From: Myxococcales bacterium | Lineage (GTDB): Bacteria; Myxococcota_A; Bradymonadia; UBA7976; UBA1532 | NCBI GenBank assembly: GCA_020633435.1 | Contig: JACKDP010000010.1 | Location: 184,154 to 248,153, forward strand | Direction: 5' to 3' | Length of the DNA stretch: 64,000 nucleotides | The notes under the pieces: generated by a model | Told to the model about the DNA's origin: nothing | What the model saw: only the letters and a program-made list of their open reading frames with translations | Databases searched by the model: none | In this document: piece after piece, positions 60,574 to 64,000 of the stretch | How positions within the stretch are numbered: position 1 is the first letter of the stretch | Layout of the letters: each line of letters begins with the position of its first letter | Program-made: the position numbers and the translations under genes

Positions 60574-63500
60574 ATGTTTTCCTCCAGGAGCCTCTTCGAC
60601 CTCACCGGCCTCGCCGCCCCGAGCGGCGGCCCGGTGCGCTCGACCGCTGGAGGGAAACGGCTGCCGCCGCTCGCGGCAGAAAGGACGTCGCAGGCGGTGC
60701 CGCTGGGACTCTTCGACCTGAAGGAGGCGGTCGGCGCCGGCGCGATGGCCCGGGTCTGGCGGGCCGAGCACCGCGGGCTCGGCGTCTCCGTGGCCGTCAA
60801 GGTGCTGACCCAGGCCGAGAGCCCCGACGTCCCCATCCTCTTCGCCCATGAGGTCCGCGCGGTCGCCCGCCTGGCCCACCCCGGCATCATCCGCTTGCAC
60901 GATCACGGCGTCATCCCGGCGGCCACGGCCGCCGAGGCGGGGCTGCCCGACGGGGCGCCCTACCTGGTGATGGAGTGGCTGCCCGGCGGCTCCCTGCGGC
61001 AGCGCGCCGGCGCCATGGCCTGGCCCGAGGTCCGCCGCACGCTGCTGGTGCTGCTCGACGCGCTCTCCCACGCCCACGCCCGCGGCGTCATCCACCGCGA
61101 TCTGAAGCCCGACAACGTGCTGCTGGCCGAGCGCGGCCCCGTGCTGACCGACTTCGGGGTCGCCGCGTCGCTGGAGGAGACCCAGGGCTCCAAGCTGCTG
61201 GTCGGCACGCCCAACTACATGGCCCCCGAGCAGATCCGCGGCGACTGGCATGCCCTCGGCCCCTGGACGGATCTCTACGCGGTGGGCTGCCTGGCGTGGC
61301 AGCTCGCCACCGGCGCGGCGCCGTTCGCGGGCCGGGGCCGCCAGGAGGTCCTGAAGGCGCACCTGCGCCGGGAGCTGCCCGTCTTCGAGCCCCGCATCGA
61401 GGTGCCGCCCGGCTTCGAGGGCTGGGTGCGCGGGCTGCTGGCCAAGCTCCCGGCCGAGCGCCCCCGGTTCGCGGCCACGGCGGCCGCCTCCCTGCTGGCC
61501 ATCGTCGGGGGTGGGGGCGTCGACGACGTCCTCAGCGTCGTCACGCCGCCCGAGGACGCCCGGCTCAACCCGGTGCCGGCCCGCTGGCGGCGCCCGGCCA
61601 CCCCCGCGCCGCCGCCCCCGCTGCCCGGGGTGGGGCGGGCCCTCGTCAGCCTGCGCGAGGTCGAGCTCAAGGGCCGCGACGAGGAGCGCGACAGCCTGTG
61701 GCGGGCGCTGCGGCGCGTGGCCGAGCGGGGCCGGCCGGCGGTGGTGCTGCTGGAGGGTCCCTCGGGCTACGGGAAGTCTCGCCTGGCGGCGTGGCTCAGC
61801 CGCCGGGCCCATGAGCTGGGCGTCGCCGAGACGCTGGTGGCGCGCCATGCCCGCCAGACGGGCCCCAGCTGCGGCGTCGGGCCCATGCTCGCCCGGGCGC
61901 TGCGCACGGGCGACCTGTCCGCCGAGGACGTCCTCGTCCGCATCAGCGAGGTCATGGGCGAGGGGGAGGACGACACCGCCCTGGTGCCCGCCCTCGCGGC
62001 GCTGACCGGCGGCATCGGCAGCTTCTCCGGGGCAGGGGAGCGGCTGGTGCTGGGCTCCGAGGCCGAGCGGCACGCCACCCTCCGCCGGGGGCTGGCGCGC
62101 CTGGCCCGCGGGCGGCCCCTCGTCATCCACCTCGACGACCTGCAGTGGGGCCTGGAGGCCATCCGCTTCACGCGGTCGCTGCTGGAGGCGGGCGACGCGC
62201 CCCCCATCCTGGTGGTGGCCACCGTCCGCGACGACGTGCTGGTGCCGGGCTCGCCCGAGGCCGCCGGCCTCGCCGCGCTGCGGGCGATGCGCGCGGTGCG
62301 CACGCTGCCGGTCGGCCCCCTGGCCCCCGACGTGCTCGCCGCCATCTGCCGCGCCATGCTGCCCCTGGGCGCCGAGGTGGTCGATCGGCTGGTGCAGCGG
62401 GCCGAGGGCAGCCCGCTCTTCGCCGAGGAGCTCATCCGCCACTGGATCCGCACCGAGGCCCTGGAGAGCACGCCCACGGGCTTCCGGCTGCGGGCGGGGA
62501 CGGACGGCGACGTGCCCGAGGCCGTGGGCACGCTCTGGCAGGCCCGGATCGCCGAGGTGCTGGGCGACGACGAGCAGGCCCGCGACGCCTGCGAGCTGGC
62601 GGCCGCCCTCGGCCCCGTCATCGACCCCGCGGAGTGGAAGGCCATCTGCGCGCTGGCGGGCGTGACCCAGCGCCCCGATCTGCACGAGCGCCTGCAGGCG
62701 GCCGGGCTGCTGCTGCGCGACACCGCCGAGGGGCCCCTGCGGTTCGCCCACGTCATGGCCCGCGAGGCCCTGCGGCAGAGCGCTCGGGAGGGCGGCCGCT
62801 GGGCGCGCTGGAACGCCCACTGCGCCACCTTCCTCGGCCCCTTCGGGGACGCCGAGCGCCAGGCCCACCACCTGCTCGCGGCGCGCCGGCTCCAGGAGGC
62901 GCTGGCCCCCCTCGACGCGGCCGCCCGCCGGCATCTGGAGCGCGCGGAGCCCCTGCGGGCCCGCCGGCTGATCCTCGCCCGGGCCCGGGCGCTGCGGGCG
63001 CTGCGCGTGGGGCGCCACGACCAGGCGTGGGTCGAGACGCGCGTGGCCTGGGCCGAGCAGGCCGCGGCGAGCGGGGACGCCGTCGCCGCCCGCCGCCACG
63101 GCCGCCGGGCGCTGGCCGAGGCCCGGCCCGCGGGCTTGCCCTGCCTGGTGGGGCGCGCCCTCATCGTGCTGGGGCGGATGGCGCGCACGAACGGCGACGG
63201 CGACGTGGGGCTGGTGGCCCTCGAGGAGGCCCTGCAGGTCGCCGAGCAGCGCGCGGACTGCCACCTGCTGACAGCGGCGCGGCTCGAGACGCTCTGGAGC
63301 CTCGTGCAGGCGGGCCGCCTGGCGGAGGCGGACGTCCTGGCGCGGCGCGTTCTGACCACCCGCGACGCGGAGCCCTCGCAGATCGCCGAGGCCCGCTACG
63401 CCGTGGCCACCCTCGCCTGGCGCCGCGGTCGCATTCACCAGGCCGAGCTCTACGGCGAGGCGGCCTTCTCGGGCTACCGGGAGGCGGGGGCCCGGACGGG

Positions 63501-64000
63501 CATGGCCCACGCCGCCTGCCTGCTCGGCGACGTCGCCCGCGCCCGCGGCGCCCATGGCACGGCGCGCGACCGCTACCACGAGGGCCTCGCGCTCCTCGAC
63601 GCGGCCGGGGGAGGCGGCCGGGGCCTCGTGCTCTGCAACCTGGGGCAGACGTGGCTGGCCCAGGACGATCGGGTGGCCGCCCGCGCAGCCTTCATCGAGG
63701 CTCGCCAGGAGGCCGCCCGCGGGACGGACCGCGAGCTGCGCGCGGTCGTCGACTTCTTCCTGCTGGTCTGCGACGCCCTGGCCGGCCGGTGGCGGGCCTG
63801 CGACGGGCGGGCGGGGGTCTTCCTGGTCCTGCGCGATCAGACGCCCGAGGCGGACGTCGTGGCCCAGGCCCCGGCGCTGGCGCGCATGGCCGAGGCGGCC
63901 GGCTCCGCCCGCGTGGCTGACGCGGCCTGGAACCTGGCCGAGCAGTGGCTCTTCGCCCTCGGCCGCGACGCCGAGGCCCGGGCCATCCAGGCCGAGCGGC
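60574..64000 (+). CDS. Ser/Thr protein kinase fused to P-loop (STAND/AAA-like) NTPase and TPR-like repeats (partial, runs off right edge)
   Basis: Not in the ORF track because it has no stop in the window. My translation from ATG 60574 (frame 1) gives 'GAGAMARVWRAEH', 'AVKVL', 'HRDLKPDNVLL', 'TDFGVA', 'GTPNYMAPEQ'. Walker A 'LLEGPSGYGKSRL' starts at 61741, followed by 'LVIHLDDLQW' at about 62120. I spot-checked frame 1 at several points out to 64000. Confidence 0.85.
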   Translation, partial: MFSSRSLFDLTGLAAPSGGPVRSTAGGKRLPPLAAERTSQAVPLGLFDLKEAVGAGAMARVWRAEHRGLGVSVAVKVLTQAESPDVPILFAHEVRAVARLAHPGIIRLHDHGVIPAATAAEAGLPDGAPYLVMEWLPGGSLRQRAGAMAWPEVRRTLLVLLDALSHAHARGVIHRDLKPDNVLLAERGPVLTDFGVAASLEETQGSKLLVGTPNYMAPEQIRGDWHALGPWTDLYAVGCLAWQLATGAAPFAGRGRQEVLKAHLRRELPVFEPRIEVPPGFEGWVRGLLAKLPAERPRFAATAAASLLAIVGGGGVDDVLSVVTPPEDARLNPVPARWRRPATPAPPPPLPGVGRALVSLREVELKGRDEERDSLWRALRRVAERGRPAVVLLEGPSGYGKSRLAAWLSRRAHELGVAETLVARHARQTGPSCGVGPMLARALRTGDLSAEDVLVRISEVMGEGEDDTALVPALAALTGGIGSFSGAGERLVLGSEAERHATLRRGLARLARGRPLVIHLDDLQWGLEAIRFTRSLLEAGDAPPILVVATVRDDVLVPGSPEAAGLAALRAMRAVRTLPVGPLAPDVLAAICRAMLPLGAEVVDRLVQRAEGSPLFAEELIRHWIRTEALESTPTGFRLRAGTDGDVPEAVGTLWQARIAEVLGDDEQARDACELAAALGPVIDPAEWKAICALAGVTQRPDLHERLQAAGLLLRDTAEGPLRFAHVMAREALRQSAREGGRWARWNAHCATFLGPFGDAERQAHHLLAARRLQEALAPLDAAARRHLERAEPLRARRLILARARALRALRVGRHDQAWVETRVAWAEQAAASGDAVAARRHGRRALAEARPAGLPCLVGRALIVLGRMARTNGDGDVGLVALEEALQVAEQRADCHLLTAARLETLWSLVQAGRLAEADVLARRVLTTRDAEPSQIAEARYAVATLAWRRGRIHQAELYGEAAFSGYREAGARTGMAHAACLLGDVARARGAHGTARDRYHEGLALLDAAGGGGRGLVLCNLGQTWLAQDDRVAARAAFIEARQEAARGTDRELRAVVDFFLLVCDALAGRWRACDGRAGVFLVLRDQTPEADVVAQAPALARMAEAAGSARVADAAWNLAEQWLFALGRDAEARAIQAER

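Noticed and set aside
60520-63579. 1019-aa minus-strand ORF
   Set aside because: It is antisense to a plus-strand frame with unambiguous kinase and Walker A/B motifs. That frame is missing from the track only because it lacks a stop in the window.

Overview
High-GC segment (about 70-75% G+C by eye, not computed). Gene content points to a myxobacterium (Myxococcota), which is an inference: eukaryotic-like Ser/Thr kinases with STAND-type P-loop/TPR tails, many lipoproteins with a 'GC' lipobox followed by Asp/Gly-rich linkers, MopE-like 'CNGxDDDCDG' cysteine repeats, a Myxococcus-type cysteine-rich repeat, and CotH, FGE-sulfatase and DUF1501/DUF1549-like genes. I support about 40 protein-coding genes. 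I found no rRNA, tRNA, CRISPR array, transposase, integrase or phage genes. Housekeeping anchors are priA, rpmB, wrbA, an acyl-CoA dehydrogenase operon and a CoA-transferase. Most of the very long ORFs in the track are antisense or off-frame shadow ORFs typical of high-GC DNA, and I rejected them. Several listed ORFs also carry spurious N-terminal extensions, so I re-set starts using signal peptides, RBS-like purine runs and start/stop overlaps. The kinase gene at 60574-64000 is missing from the track because it has no stop in the window. The most unusual items are: (1) three tandem paralogs of a small protein family I cannot place, beside priA; (2) repeated frame hopping inside Gly/Ala-rich low-complexity coding repeats in four genes; (3) an outer-membrane barrel plus 1600-aa HExxH lipoprotein cluster; (4) a kinase/PEGA-like/Gly-rich lipoprotein operon; (5) a split PSCyt/DUF1549-1553/DUF1501 operon. 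All family names come from motif recognition by eye, and no database search was run.
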